Source: the human T2T-CHM13v2.0 reference genome, Homo sapiens. Taken from it: a stretch of DNA of 64,000 bases. The notes below the pieces were generated by a model. The model was not told the origin of the DNA, did not search any database, and worked only from the letters and a program-made list of their open reading frames with translations. Below, piece after piece: positions 62,632-64,000 of the stretch (the stretch's first letter is position 1; each line of letters opens with the position of its first letter). Both the position numbers and the translations under genes were made by a program. The stretch lies in the NCBI RefSeq assembly GCF_009914755.1, contig NC_060940.1; one strand, 5' to 3'.

Positions 62632-63668
62632 TCATGTCACTGAGGTCACCCAGGTGGTAACTGTGGAGGTGGGATTCAAACCCAGGAAGTCTTTGTTTGA
62701 CTCTTAACCTCTAGGCTGTACTGCCTCTTCCAAGCATGCTTCACAGGAAGAAGAAAATACGTCCCTTCTGTGCTCCTCATGCTCAGGGCCTGACACACAG
62801 GTAAACGGTGACTTACGAGAGTTATTGCAACAAAACCCTCCACATAACAGGAAAAACCTTGGCCACTGCTAAATGTCATCCTGTGATATATCTCTGCATT
62901 GAATTTCCTCCCAATTACTCAGCCTAAGGTATTATCTCGGGGTCCTCAATGAGTCTGCTCCACAGAACCATCAAAATGCTCACGGTTCCAAGCAGTGCCT
63001 CACTTGCCAGCACAGCTGACAGTTATTTTTGTAGGCAAGGGCTTCTGACTCTAGGATGGGTCTCTGCACCTGCCTTTTATATTTGATTCACAGGTTAACT
63101 CTTTTACTAAACGTTGAAAATGAGATGTTAGTCGTACTTTCCTCTTTCATTTATTTTTGGGAAATTTGAGGGTGGTGGTGGGTTGGGGGAGAGGGAGGCA
63201 GGTAAAAAGACGCAGAGCTTCTAAAATGAATGTGGTGTTGAGTTAAATTAGCCTCTGATGGGCCGGAAACCTAAACGACAGATGATGAGAAGCTGCTGGG
63301 CACCCTCAGCAGTGCCATGGACACAGTGGTAACCCAGAGAGTGTAATGAAAAGCACTGAGGTAGATCGGGCTATTGGTCTCATACACCTTCAGTCACCCT
63401 TGAAGCTGGCTTTGGGAAGCTCATCTAAAGAATGCCAGGTGTAATCGTGTGGCTAAGAGCTTCAGCTTAGGATTCTAAAAGGCCTGGCTTTGAACCCCAG
63501 CTTGGTGGCTTCCTGGTTATTTAACCTCTCAGATGCTCAAGCTCTTATATAAAAGGGAGAGGAGGAGAGAATATTTTCTGGGGTCACTATGGGACTCAAT
63601 GAGCTCTTACACTGAGGGTACTTATCATCTTGGCTAGGCACAGGATGCACCTTGAATAACTGCAAGCT

Positions 63669-63981
63669 GGCTGGGCACGGTGGCTCATGCCTGGAATCCT
63701 AGCGCTTTTTGGACACAAGTGGGAGGATTACTTGAGCTCGGGAGTTTGAGATGAGCCTAGGCAACATATACCCTATTTCTGCAAAACTGAAGAAAAAAAT
63801 ATAGCCACATAGTTAGGCATGATGGTGCGTGCCTGTAGTCCCAGCTACTCAAATGGCTTAAGGAGAAGGATCTCTGGAGCCCAGGAGTTCGAGGCTGCAG
63901 TGACCTATAGTCGTACCACCACACTCCAGCCTGGGTGACAGAGCAAGACCCTATCTTTAAAAAACTAAAGAAAAAAAAAAT
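63669..63981 (+). mobile_element. AluJ
   Basis: Diverged dimer following a MIR (~63430-63660). Confidence 0.9.
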
Positions 63982-64000
63982 AAGTACAAGCTGCCTGATT

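Noticed and set aside
63305-63326. REST/RE1-like motif tcagcagtgccatggacac
   Set aside because: Both half-sites mismatch the consensus and the spacing is non-canonical.

Overview
This is primate, almost certainly human, genomic DNA, not prokaryotic. It is dense in Alu, L1, L2, MIR, MaLR LTR and DNA-transposon relics. The only well-supported genic feature is a 48-nt internal exon on the + strand at 50630-50677, with a long pyrimidine tract, CAG acceptor and AAG|GTGAGT donor. I recognise it from memory as the c.-63..c.-16 exon of RBFOX1 (A2BP1, 16p13.3), so the whole window is probably RBFOX1 5'-region intron. None of the supplied ORFs is a credible protein-coding gene: many are Alu, L1 or simple-repeat translations and the rest look like chance short ORFs. 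There is no CRISPR array, rRNA or tRNA, and I found no clearly new biological system. The best leads are: candidate recursive-splice (AG|GT) sites and cryptic micro-exons; a cluster of RBFOX and NOVA motifs near the exon; a CpG-retaining, E-box-bearing candidate regulatory region (41.3-43.0 kb); three short non-tandem local duplications; a tailless AluY replacing the body of an antisense Alu; a 29-bp target-site duplication (TSD); inverted L1 structures; a four-level nested insertion; and long palindromic AT-rich repeats. Repeat subfamily calls and boundaries were made by eye and need RepeatMasker/Dfam confirmation.
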